Assembly (NCBI GenBank): GCA_026936335.1
Contig: JAPMXV010000049.1
Coordinates: 496,001 to 560,000, forward strand
Direction: 5' to 3'
DNA: 64,000 nt
From: Mantamonas sphyraenae STR306
Taxonomy: Eukaryota; Protista; CRuMs
Below the pieces are notes generated by a model. It ran no database searches. It worked only from the letters and a program-made list of their open reading frames with translations, and was not told where the DNA came from. Made by a program: the position numbers and the translations under genes. Below, one piece after another: positions 37,201 through 48,500 of this stretch; positions within the stretch are counted from its first letter, which is position 1, and the number at the start of each line of letters is the position of its first letter.

Positions 37201-38705
37201 AGTTCCTGGAGCAGGAGCTGACGCGAGTGACAGGCGACTTCAAGGCAGCACAGCGCAGCATGGATGACATGCGTGAAACAATCCAGTTGCAAGAGAGCCA
37301 ACTGCGTGAGCACGAGCGATCGGCAGAGTACCTGCGAGTGCAGAAGAAGGCAAACGCAGACCTGACTGCGGAAAAGACGGCGGTGGAGCTGGAGCTGCAG
37401 AAGGAGCGCAAGGCGTTTGCAGAGCTGAACAACCACAAGACAGCTGTGGAGGTGGAGCTGCAACAGCTGGAGAAGCAGCTTGCGTTTGAGCGTGACTCGC
37501 GTGCGCGCCACGAGCAGCTCACGCGTGCATTTGACGCCAAGTTTGAGGAGCTGTTGACGCTGTTCCACAAGGAAGGCATCTCGCGTAGCATGTTTGACGA
37601 CTGGAAACAGACGCTTGACGACGAGCTGTCGTTCCTGAAGAAGAAGGTGGCAATCGACATCGACGAGAGCTTCCGGGACAAGATGGCCAAGTTTATCGGA
37701 GCGTCCGGGTCGCTGAGCGAGATTCGAGAGAGTCACAAGGTGGAGATGAACGCACAGCGTGAGAAGCACAACGCAGAGGTGAAGGAACTCAGCGGCAGGA
37801 TTACCGAGCTGCTGGAGGTCAAAGCCAAGCTGGAGACATGGAACAGGACCCTGAGCGACGAGGCGGAGCTGTACAAGAGCAAGTACGAGGAGACGTTCAA
37901 GGAGGTGTCTGAACTGCGCGAGCGCAATCGCTTCCTGGAGGAGGAGCTGAAGCAGCAGCAATTCAAACTGACGCTGCAGGAGCACCAAAAGAACATGAAC
38001 ATCCGCAGCGTGGCAAGCGCACAGCTGATGGGAAGCGGAATGGGCTCGGGAGCAGTGTCGATGCCTTTGCAACAGCACCACAGTGGCGGCGGCGGCGGCG
38101 GCGGTAGTGGAAGCGTTGCACGTGGCAGCGCCAGCATGGTGCGTGGAGGGACGAGCAGCGGCGGAGGCAGCGATACACGTGGGGCAAGCAGCAGCGGCGG
38201 ACGGGACTCGTCGAGCTCGCTGGCCAGCGAACACGAACAGCTGATGAACAAGCTGTCGTCACGTCTGCAACAGTTTGAGCAAAAGTTTGAAGGGATCATG
38301 GAGCCCGAACGCAGCGGAAGTGGAGGTGAAAGCAACCGCAGCCGGCTGATGTCCAGCAGTGGCGGACTGGGAGGTGGCGGTGGCAGCAGCAGCAGTAGCA
38401 GCAGCAGCAGCAGTGGCGGCTTGGCCATTTCGGATCTGGACGAAGGCGAGAGCGCAGCGGCTGTGGAGCGCAAGTTGCAGCAGTTTATGAGCGACCTGGA
38501 GCGAGAACAGCCCGGGGAAACGCAGGTGCCGTTCAAGCGCATGGAGGGTACAGGCAGCAAGGAGGCCCAGTACAGGTATGGAAGCAAGATTGTGAGCGTG
38601 CATCTGCGTGGCGGTCAGCTGATTGTCAAGGTTGGCACAGCGCTGATCCCCATTGCGGAGTTTGTGCATCGCTACCGCAGGTCACAGCTGCGCAAGCGCG
38701 AGTGA
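31265..38705 (+). CDS. Giant coiled-coil protein B (~2420 aa) with a C-terminal GAS2/GAR-like domain; intron 31967-32150
   Basis: Ser/Thr-rich head, ~2100 aa of heptads, a Gly/Ser-rich linker, then VPFKRMEG..QYRYGSKIVSVHLRGGQLIVKVGTALIPIAEFVHRY (GAR pattern). Confidence 0.88.
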
Positions 38706-38735
38706 GGTGGAGTTGTGAATGCAGGGCATTTCTGT

Positions 38736-40517
38736 TTACATTTGTTCGACCACGGGGATGCCCAGAAGCTCGAGGGCGTCGTGGAGGGTGTTTGCGGCGG
38801 CGTGTGCTAGGACGAGACGGTCGCGTTGATGGTGGGACGATGGGGCATGCAGAATGGGCTGTGCCTCGTAAAACGCATGTGCAGCGACGGCAATGCGGTG
38901 GACGTGCTCACACAGGCGATGCGGCATCAGCGACATTGCCGAATCCTCAATTGCGTCCTGGTACAAAGCCATGCGCAGAGCCAGGGCACGTGCAGATGGA
39001 TGCGCAAGTGTGTCTGGATGAAAAGGGCTGTGTGGATCATCGGCAGCGTGTTGGGCGGCCTGAGACAGCTGCGGATGGTGCGCCAGGCGTCGCAGACGCG
39101 CGTAGGCATAGAGCAGGTACACGGATGTGTTGCCTTTGAGCGATAGGACACGGTCAAAGTCAAACCGATAGGACTGGTCGCGCTGTGTGGCAAGGTCAAA
39201 GTAGCGTACAGCGCCGACTCCGATGCGGGAAGCCAGCTCCATCTGGGCCTGGGTGTCCAGTGTACGCCCATGTGCTCCTTGCTGGACCATAGGCAGGGCG
39301 CGTTCTGCGGCTTGGCTCAACAAATCGATCAGAAGGGTGGGCAGACCGCTGCGCGAGCCGAGTTTCTTGCCATCGGCACCGGTGACAAGACCGAGCTTGG
39401 CATGGGTGCAGGTCACATTCTCAGGCGAGTACAGGCCTGCACGTTGGCCCAGGGCAAACAGTGACTCGAAATGCAAACTCTGCGCGGTGTCCACAACGTA
39501 GACGAGCCAGTCGTAGCCATGGCGAACACGCTGGTCCAGAGCGCACAGATCGGTGGCCACATACCCAAAGGAACCATCATTCTTCTGCAGGACCAGTTGT
39601 TCGTGCGGCTCCGTAGCACACCAGCCACGCGGTGTCTCTTGCAACATGTCCATGTGTCGGAAGCGTTCCATCATGGCTGGGGCTCGTGGTAGATGTGCCG
39701 ACTCGCCACACTCGCGCAGATCGGCAATGCCCAGCGTGTCATACACACGTTGAAATCCCTGGCGGGACACATGACACACGCGATCCCATGTGTGGTCATG
39801 TTGCGGTTCTCCGTGGATGAGATGTTCCTGTAGTTGCTGTGTACGTGTGGCAACACGAGCGGCAAATTGTGCGTCCTCCTTCATGTCTGCCTTGCCTTGG
39901 GCGTACCATGCAGACACGTCTTCAGGTTGCCACCTGTCTGAAGTGTCCATGTGCACGTCTGCCTGTGCCAGAACAATTCCCATGGGCGTGCCGCAGTCGC
40001 CCACGTGTGAGACGGCCTCGACTTGGGCTCCGCAGCGCGTCAGCACATTGCACAGAGTGGAGCCCACCGCCAGAGTGCGCAGGTGGCCCACGTGAAACTG
40101 TTTGCCCATGTTGGGCGAACTATAATCGATCAAGACCTGTCGTCCGGCCTGTGTGTCCGGCTGCGGCGCCTGGCCTGTTGCCAACTCCGCCACCGCCCCT
40201 TGCAAGGCTGCATCGGCCAGTTTGATGTTGACGAATCCGTTTCCAGATACTTGCAACGACTCTACAAGATCGTGAGAAGTCTCATTGTGCCATTCGTCCA
40301 CCCATTCCTGCGCAACGACAGCCGGAGCCGCACGAGCGATCTTGGCCAGTGGAAAAGCGTTGGAACACTGCAAGTCGGCTTCTGCACTCGCATGACGTTG
40401 CATGCCCACGACAGGCTGCAGGGACGCCACGTAGCCTTCCCTGTGTTCCTCGGGTAGCCTCTTGCGCGCCCATGTATGCAGCGAGTCCTCCATGGCTCGT
40501 GCTACTCGGCTGCGCAT
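38736..40517 (-). CDS. Arginyl-tRNA synthetase (possibly organellar)
   Basis: ADLQCSNA, GNGFVNI, IDYSSPNMGKQFHVGHLRT (HIGH), LQKNDGSFGY..DL, KKLGSRSG (KMSKS-like), GNTSVYLLYAYAR and LLGIPVVEQM. Confidence 0.95.
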   Translation of the reverse strand: MRSRVARAMEDSLHTWARKRLPEEHREGYVASLQPVVGMQRHASAEADLQCSNAFPLAKIARAAPAVVAQEWVDEWHNETSHDLVESLQVSGNGFVNIKLADAALQGAVAELATGQAPQPDTQAGRQVLIDYSSPNMGKQFHVGHLRTLAVGSTLCNVLTRCGAQVEAVSHVGDCGTPMGIVLAQADVHMDTSDRWQPEDVSAWYAQGKADMKEDAQFAARVATRTQQLQEHLIHGEPQHDHTWDRVCHVSRQGFQRVYDTLGIADLRECGESAHLPRAPAMMERFRHMDMLQETPRGWCATEPHEQLVLQKNDGSFGYVATDLCALDQRVRHGYDWLVYVVDTAQSLHFESLFALGQRAGLYSPENVTCTHAKLGLVTGADGKKLGSRSGLPTLLIDLLSQAAERALPMVQQGAHGRTLDTQAQMELASRIGVGAVRYFDLATQRDQSYRFDFDRVLSLKGNTSVYLLYAYARLRRLAHHPQLSQAAQHAADDPHSPFHPDTLAHPSARALALRMALYQDAIEDSAMSLMPHRLCEHVHRIAVAAHAFYEAQPILHAPSSHHQRDRLVLAHAAANTLHDALELLGIPVVEQM

Positions 40518-40550
40518 CGTGACACAAGTGAACAGTTGAGCTGGCCCACC
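40518..40550. promoter_or_regulatory. Extremely short divergent intergenic region (33 bp)
   Basis: Position between the ArgRS ATG (40517, -) and the ATG at 40551 (+). The ArgRS start could instead be the Met at 40493. Confidence 0.35.
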
Positions 40551-41167
40551 ATGCGAGCCGTTCTGGCAACGCTGCTTCTGTGTGCAGTTGTCTGTTGGGT
40601 GCATGCTGCACCTGCACCTGTCGACTTGGTGAGTGCGCTGCCACCGGTGGTGAGCCAGGAGGATGGTTGACAAATGGGCGGTGAGTGCTGACGTCATTTT
40701 CCGCCCCCGCTTTTCACCCACCTGCAATAAAGAAACACACCCATGACCAGCACCTCATCATCGAACAGGGTGTTGCAGTGGCTCCGTACAACGATTCCCG
40801 GCTGAGCAAGGAGCTGCGCAATCTGGTGACCGAGTACCCGTGGCCCAACTTTTTCGAGGCGTACACTCCGATTTCGTACGACTCGCACACTGTGGTCACC
40901 AGTGGGGCCGAGCTGCTGGACCACGAGGTTGAATTCTCCGACGGATACTCGGTTGTGGGACCTAGCAACCATATTGGCCAGGGTGAACAGACGGGCTGGG
41001 TGTTGCGGTTCCACTGTGCGAAGCACGGGCACGTGTCCTACGCCACCACGTTTGTGTTTAAGCACCAGCACAGGACCAATCTCCAGTACGATCCAGTCAC
41101 CATCTACTACACCCACGAGTGCAACGACGAGACCATCCAGCACGAGCACGGCCATGACGAGCTCTGA
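40551..41167 (+). CDS. ER-lumen protein of unknown function (signal peptide plus HDEL), ~170 aa; intron 40629-40732
   Basis: Signal peptide MRAVLATLLLCAVVCWVHA, intron TTG|GTGAGT...AAAG|AAA, and C-terminus HEHGHDEL*. Confidence 0.8.
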
Positions 41168-41263
41168 CGCGAGCTCGTCCCACACACAGAATGAATGCAT
41201 GAACAGCGACGAGATAATAACCCAGTCCTCGCATGTCTACTTTCTGTACATTCCTCACTGCGC

Positions 41264-44200
41264 TCATGCATCTGCAAAAACCTTGACTTCTTGCGGCTCC
41301 GCCTTGGCTTCGCCTTCGTGGCGACACCAATCGGGATTCTGGCGGATAAGCGCGGCCAGCGTTGTGTAGAAGCCACCCGGAGGTGTCACAAGCTGCACCA
41401 CCGACGCACCCGCACCTTTGAAGTGCTTCTCGCTGTGGAAGTACACGTCCTTCTCGTCAAACAGGCGATCGACCATGTGGATCTCCCCAAGCGAACGCTG
41501 CAGAAGCCAGTAGTCCACAAGCTCCATGTCGCGCTGGAACCACATCACGTCGTTGCTGTTGCTGACAATGCCACCTGCGAGCGCTCAATGTCAGCCAGCG
41601 TCTCGTTGAGTTCGAGCTGTTCCCGGACCTCGGCCGCATTCAGCCTGCGCTTCTGTGTCTTTGCGTACTTGAGACGCATGCGAAGACGCGACTTGACCTG
41701 TGCCGCGTGTTCCTCGCGCACGGGTGGAAACAGACGCAGTTTCACAAACCCTGTGCCCGTGTACTCTTGCAGCTGCTCCTGCGCCTCCTGTTCCTCCAGA
41801 TCCTCGTCCGTTAGCATGGCCCGTGCGGCGCTATTCAAGTATCCAATGTCCAGCAGCTTCTCCCGAAGGATCCGTGTGGCCTCTGCATACACCCTGCCGT
41901 ACTGCAGCGAATCGGCCACAAGTTGCACGTCCGCGTCGAGTGCCTCCATGTCCAGTTCACACTTGTGCAAGTCGTCCATGACGTTGGCAGGATCCACAGC
42001 AGACGTGCCCGACGACGATGACGCTCGCTCTGGCATGGCCACGATGCCTTGGGTGCTTCGCAGCGCGTCAAGCACACGGTGCTTCGGTTGCAGCGCAAAC
42101 GACACGTCCATGCCGTATGGTAGCAGCTCGTTGTTGAACGTGTATGCAGATGCAATCGCTCCCCAAATTGCACTCTGGAAGCGATGCGGGATCTGTTCGC
42201 CACACTCGCTCGCGCAATAGCGGAAAAAGTCTTCGGTGACCGCGTATTCCACAGGCGACAGGCCTCGCCTGCCAATGCCCAGCAGGAAGCGCTCCATATG
42301 TGTGTCGATGGTCACCGATGTGGAACGGTACGGATGCACGAGGTTGTCCAGGAAGCTTCGGATTTTGTAGCCCGACGGACAGCCCATGGGACCGCTCATG
42401 AAGTTGAGCAGGTCGCTGTTGGGATAGCTGCCCCACTTGGGCCGGCAGGACTGCGAGAATGCACGGAAGTTCAGCAGGGCATTCGCCACGTTGCGCCGAA
42501 TGGAACTGTTGCGGCTCGATGTGGCCAACAAGGCCATAAAGAAGCGCAGCTCGCTTTCCTTGTTCATGCACAGCTCCAACACAAGCTCGTGGAACGACTG
42601 GTACCAGTTGTGGAAGCCTCCCTCCTTGCCCGTCTCGTATGCGGTGCGCATGGTGTCCAGGTCCGGCAGCGTGTGCTCGTCCACCACTTTCGATCCCAGG
42701 AATGCACGCGTGTAGAGAGCGGCGTCGCGGTAGTTTGTAAAGCCCGTGCGGTACTCGGGCACGTAGGCAGAGCTGACGCGGATGCACGATGAGCCGCGCA
42801 ACACGTCCTGGTACAGCGCAACTGAGTCCACGGGCGCATGCGCACCATAGCCCTTGTGCGTGCGCAGAACACACGTCGTTCGTCCACATACTCCCTGCGT
42901 GCACTCATGCCAATGGCCAGCGGGTTGTACCGGATGTACCGTTGCAGGGCGTTCTGCGCCACAGTCGTCTTGCGGAAGCGTTGGTCAGGCACAAACAGGT
43001 ACGAGTACGCCTCCACTGCGTCCAGATAGGCCTTGCGTGCAAACAGCTCAGGTGACAGTGCACTTGTCGAATTGTCCGGACGGATCCACAGCACAGAGCC
43101 CTCCGTGTCCTGCTGCGAGTCCTCTGCCAGCACCAGTTCGTTCTGTTGGATCGTATCCAGCTCGCTCTGGGTGACCCATGCTCCGTAATAGTGGATCAGC
43201 AGTTCCTCGACGTCGTCTTTGTCCTGTTGGCTTCTATCTGGTGTGTTGAACGCCTCGATCCCTGCATTCTGTGCATGCTCGTTCTTGCTGTCGCTGCCCA
43301 GCTGTTCAAACAGCTCTTCGTAGCCGCTCACCCGCGGGTCCTCCAGCAACAATTCCACCTTGCGTGCTTTCTTGCGCTCTTCTTTGTGCAGAGCTGCCAC
43401 GAAGCGCAGCTGATGGTTGTGCTTCTCCAGCTCCCTGTTGATGGTCTCCTTGTCCTGAGGACGCACGACTCCACCGCCCCGTTTGTAGATCGCCATGAGC
43501 ATTGTGGTCATGCGCACCGCGTGTTGCTCTGCAATGTGGTTGATCTGAGCCTTTTGCTGCTCCACCAGGTTGGCCATCTTGTCCTTGAGCAGCGCCCTTC
43601 GCTCTGCTACCTCCTCCGCACTCAGCACACGCTGTCGCTTTCGAGCTGGCTCGCTCTCCAACGAGGACATCAAATCGGCCAGTTCCTGGTCCATCACAAC
43701 CTGTCCCGGCGTGCCGTCCACTTCTGTATCTCCGCCGTGATCTTTGGCCGCTGCGTCGTCTTCACCGATATCCTCATCGTCTGCGCTCGAACTGGTGCTG
43801 CTGCTTGTTCCTGTGTCACCGCCGATATTGTTGCTCTTGTCTGCGTGATCAAGGGCACCGTCCTCCAGCTCCTCCAGCAAGGCATTCTCCATCTGTTCGT
43901 TCTGCGTGTCGTCAATCTGTCCGTCAAAGTGCTTCCACAGTGTTTGGGCATCCACAGGACTATCTTCCTGGGCGTCACTCGAAGCTGAGCTTGCAGCCTG
44001 CCGTTCTTGCTCTGCCAGCACCTCCATGGCCTTTCGTCGCTTCTCCTCGACTCGTTGCCGGCGTTGCTCCTCGCGAAAAATCCGCAGCCGCCGTTCCAAC
44101 ATCGACTCGCCCCCTCCCGACGACGACTCGATGCTCAGTGCTGATGCCAGAGCCAACGAGGCCGAAGCATGGGAGTTTTCTCCTTGTTTGCCCCTGGCGT

Positions 44201-44744
44201 TGGTGTCGACAGAAAGCTGTGCTGCGTGTTTCACCGCTGTGTTCAGGAACGCGTTGACGACGACTGCCCTCTCGGGACTTGCCGGTGCTGCGCTGACAGG
44301 TTCCGTCTGCATGTGGTCTGTGGCCTCCTCTGTTCGGTTTACCCTGCGTTCGGTAGGGAGCACGGGCTGGTGGAACACAGGCGGAGTGACACTGCGCTGC
44401 ACGTGTGTGGGCGGCGTCTCCTCGTCCGTCATCTCGTCCAGCTTGCGCTTTCGAACAAAAAGGTCCACCATCTGCTTGCCGTCGTCCTCGTTCTCTGCCT
44501 TTTCGGCATTGGCCATCAACACCTTGTTCATGCGCTCTTGTGCCAGCCGTTGCTGCCGACGCAGTGCTGCCAAGCGGTCGCTGGCAGACGATGCAGTGAC
44601 GGACTTTCGCTGACGAAACACGGTAGGAAGCCTGCCCGCCGCCTCAACTGACTTTACCCTGCCTGCTGCAGCCGCAGATGAGCTTCCATCCAAAGAGGCC
44701 ACCTGCTTGGGTTTCCGTCTGATTTTGAGAGCACTGAGATCCAT
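41264..44744 (-). CDS. ~1160-aa intronless protein: disordered/coiled N-terminal half plus a phage-type HhH DNA-glycosylase-fold domain; two apparent 1-nt deletions (~42869, ~41581)
   Basis: Three ORF-track pieces join seamlessly if one base is added at each junction (..ERRVF|LRTHKGYGAHAPVDSV.. and ..DIE|ALAGGIVSNSNDVMWFQ..). Domain motifs are HNWY, ALLATSS..RNVANA, SGYKIRSFLDNL, VTIDTHMER, EY..E..A..G..P..QSAIW. Confidence 0.72.
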
Positions 44745-44808
44745 GTTGTAGCGGGGCCACGGCTTGCACCGGCTCGGGCATTGCTTCTGCCAGCCCACTT
44801 GTCATCAC
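44745..44808. promoter_or_regulatory. Putative bidirectional promoter shared by the HhH-fold gene and FANCJ (64 bp)
   Basis: Position between the ATG at 44744 (-) and the ATG at 44809 (+). Confidence 0.45.
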
Positions 44809-47800
44809 ATGTCCAGTGTATGGAGTGGCTTCACCAGAGGGTGGGGCGACATGGAGGCATCGGTGAAGGGTGGGTTCGCAGCCGACGACGATGACGGCGA
44901 GCTGGAAGAGGCCACGCGGCCCAGCAAGATCAAGCCCAAGGAGGGGCATCCCTTTGTGGTCAGCGGTGTCACAGTGCAGTTCCCCTTTGAAACTCCGTAC
45001 AGTCCGCAACGTGCCCTTATGTTCAAAGTGATCCGAGCCCTGAATACGCACACCAATGCCCTGCTCGAGTCTCCGACGGGTGAGTGAATGTGGCGCGAGA
45101 AGCGCGCGCCAAGGGCTCTTTCCCGCCCCGCTACGCACACACAGGAAGCTTGAACCTCCCATCTCGCTGGCAATGTAATATATGCATGCATGCGAGTGCG
45201 CGAGTGTGTTTTGCGTGACGTCACCACCATTACCAACTGACTCATGCCAATGGATTCTCAGGAACCGGAAAGTCGGCCGCCTTGCTGTGCTCAGCGCTGG
45301 CTTGGCAGGCCCAGCAAAAGGAGCTGGCCAAGAACAACAACACAGAAGAGCAGCTGGAGGAAAAGGAACACCTGCTGGAGCAGTTGATGCTCGAATACTT
45401 TGAGGTGGTGACCAAAGGTGATCCGACGGACAAAGAGACCCTGCGCAAGGCCACCCAGCAATTGCACGCCATGGCCGCACCATCCGGTACCAAGCAGAAC
45501 AAGAACAAGGGCAAGGCAAAAGCAACTGTGGTGTCCTCGAGCAGCAGCAGCAGCAGCAGCAGCAGCAGTGGCGTGGAGACCGACGACTTTGACAGCGACG
45601 GGGTAGGCGCGGCACGAGCAGATGAGAGCATCCAATGGCGTCAATTGGTGGTGAACATGTCCATTCGGTACCAGCGAGGGGAGTTGGTCAAGCTGTCGTC
45701 TCTGGGAGACATCGGTGCAGATGAAGACGACATCGAAAACGACTCTATCAGCTCCCAGGAGGAGATGGCCATCGAGGTGGCTCCCCGTGCCAAGCCTGAG
45801 CCGGTTCAAATTGAGTACGAGACCGAGGAAGTGCCCGAGTCGCCTCAGGACCTGTTTGAGGACGCAGAGACGGACGGGGAAGATGAAGGCGACGACGACG
45901 ACGACGACGACGACTTTCAGCAGACGCCGCCAAACAAGACCAAGGAGAAGCGGCGCGCACAAGCAGCTTCCACAAAGAGGAGTGTTGCAGAACGTGCGCA
46001 CAGGCAGAAGCTGCTGCATCGAGACGTGATGAAACTGACGAGCCTGATCCGTGAAGAGATGCGCGCGGCGCAGCAGCTGCGTAGGCAGCAACAGCGTGGT
46101 GTGCCTGTGATCTACTACACATCACGCACGCACTCTCAGATCGAGCAGGTGATCAAAGAGCTTGCCACCACGCCATACAGGCCCACGATGAGTCTGCTCG
46201 GCAGCCGAAAACACTATTGCATCAACCCAAACGCACAGCGCGGTGCACGCGGTGCCAAGCTCGACGTCAACACAGAGTGCAGGAAACTGCTGGAGCACCA
46301 GTCGTGCAGGTACTTTGGCAAGTCCAAAAGCATTGCAAACAGCACGGGCTTTTCCCGGGACATGCCTCTCTTTGACATCGAGGAGCTGTCCGAGTATGGC
46401 TCACGCCACTCTGCGTGTCCCTATTACATCTCTCGTGAGCGAGCCAATGTGGCTGAGATTGTGTTCTGCCCATACAACTACGTTCTCGACCCGGGCATTC
46501 GCAGCTCCCTTGAGTTGGACATGAAGAACGCCGTGGTCATTCTGGACGAAGCGCATAACATCGAGGACGTGTGTCGCAGCTCTGCATCGGCTGAGCTGGA
46601 CATGGCGCTCGTCAGCTCGGTGCTCGTGCAGCTGCGTAGCGCGCGAAAGAACGCGGAGGAGGGCGAGGGGGCCGTGGGCGGAGACGACCTCGTCGACGTG
46701 TACAGCAAGGTGATCACCGTCATGGCTGCCATGGAACAGTGGTCCAACGGCCTGATGGAGCAGATGGACAATGGTAAGGGCACAGTGGAAGGCTCGGGCA
46801 ACTTTCGAACAGTGCGCTTCGAGTACAGCGGGAACCTGTTGCGTGACCTGGCTCGCTCCTGGACGGTGGACAATCACACCATTTCCATGCACAGCTCGGC
46901 TGCCAAGGATCTCCTGGACGCAAACAACGAGCTGGAGATGGAGTCGCCCCTGAAGCTTGACGCAGGTGCAACCAGCGTTGTCCAGAGCCTATTTATGGTG
47001 CTCAAGTACATGGTGGACGACAACTACAAGCATCTGCCGGACTACCGTCTCGTGTACGTGCAGTCGTCCAAGTACGACCGCAAGATCCAGGACAAGAGGC
47101 ACATGTATCACGCCAAGTTCTGGTGCATGAACCCGGCCGTCGTGTTTGCACCGTTGGCTGAACAGACGGGCAGTATTGTGCTTGCTTCGGGCACGTTGAG
47201 TCCAATGGAGTCGTTCCAGAGCGAGCTTGGCGTGCGCTTCGAGCAGCGACTGGAGGCCAACCACGTGATCAATCCAGACACGCAGGTGCTGGTACGCTCC
47301 GTGGCTACGGCCAACCGCATCCCACTCTTGGGCGTGTACAAACAGCAGAAGAATCTGCACTTTCAGGACGTGGTGGGCATGTCGCTCCTGTTCATCCTGC
47401 AAAACACACCGCACGGAGTGCTTTTCTTCCTGCCGTCCTACTCGTTGCTCAACACCCTCTACGAGAGATGGGAGCAGACGGGTGTGCTTGCAAAGATGCA
47501 GGCCGTCAAGCAGGTGTTTGTGGAGCCTCGTGCTGCAGATGCAGAGACGTTTGAAGAGGTCATCGCCGACTACTCGGCTGCGATCCGAGCCTCTGTGGCA
47601 GCGGAGCGCGCCAAGAGCATGCACGGCGACCTGGCCGAGTTGACATCCAGGAGCCGAGTGCGTCACAAGCCGCGCACAAGCGGCGCCCTGTTCATGGCAG
47701 TCATGCGCGGCAAAGCGTCAGAGGGCATTGACTTTTCCGACGAGCATGCGCGCGCCGTGGTCATCCTCAGCATCCCGTTCCCGAACTATATGGACCCACA

Positions 47801-48434
47801 GCTGCGTCTGAAGAAGGAGTACAACCGGATGCGGCACCGAGCAGACAGCAACATGCTTGACGGAGACGCGTGGTACAAACTGCAAGCTTTTCGGGCTCTG
47901 AATCAGGCCATCGGACGTTGTCTGCGCCACAGCCAAGACTATGGCGCCATCATTCTGCTCGATCAACGCTACGGCGAAGAGCACAATCAAGCTGGCATCT
48001 CGAAATGGGTGCGGCCGTGCATCCGACACAATCACACCGTCAACGAGACGCTGCAGGATCTGCACCAGTTCTTCTCCCGCCACAAGGAGCGCGAGCGGAA
48101 AGAGCGGTTGGCCATGGTGCAAGCGGCGACTTCTGCTTCAACAAAGGAGGAGCCCGAGACCGAGAGCCTCGTGGAGCTTGTGTACACCAAGCCCGAACCC
48201 GAGGTATCGACCAAGGTGGAGGAAGACAGGAGTGGCGAAGAGGATGACATGCAAAGGAGTGGTGAAGGGGACGACATGCGACAGTACTTTGCGCAAGGAC
48301 AGCAGAAACGCAAGCTGGAGCAGCTGGAGTCAGCCCGGCGCTTCCAAGAGGCCACACAGCGCGGTGGCGAGGGTAGTCCGCATCAGACGGGACGGACGGA
48401 TGGAAATGACGTGAAGCGATCGCGATTGTGTTGA
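44809..48434 (+). CDS. BRIP1: FANCJ/BRIP1-like Fe-S DEAH helicase (XPD family); intron 45080-45261
   Basis: VQFPFETPYSPQ (Q motif), ALLESPTG|TGKS..LLCSALAW, SRTHSQ, Fe-S cysteines, DEAHNIED, LASGTLSPM, LEANHVI, RGKASEGIDFSD and QAFRALNQAIGRCLRH. The motifs favour FANCJ over RTEL1, but a phylogeny is needed. Confidence 0.88.
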
Positions 48435-48500
48435 GGAACGAAGTCGGAAGAGGAAGATCTGCCGCGCGCGGGGCCCCAGCAAAACACATTCACCACCCCA

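Noticed and set aside
32004-38234. 2076-aa ORF on the - strand
   Set aside because: Antisense shadow of coiled-coil B, for the same reason.
41264-44744. Integrated virus or transposon around the phage-like domain
   Set aside because: There are no terminal repeats, integrase, capsid or other viral genes, the composition looks like that of its neighbours, and the flanks are ordinary host genes.
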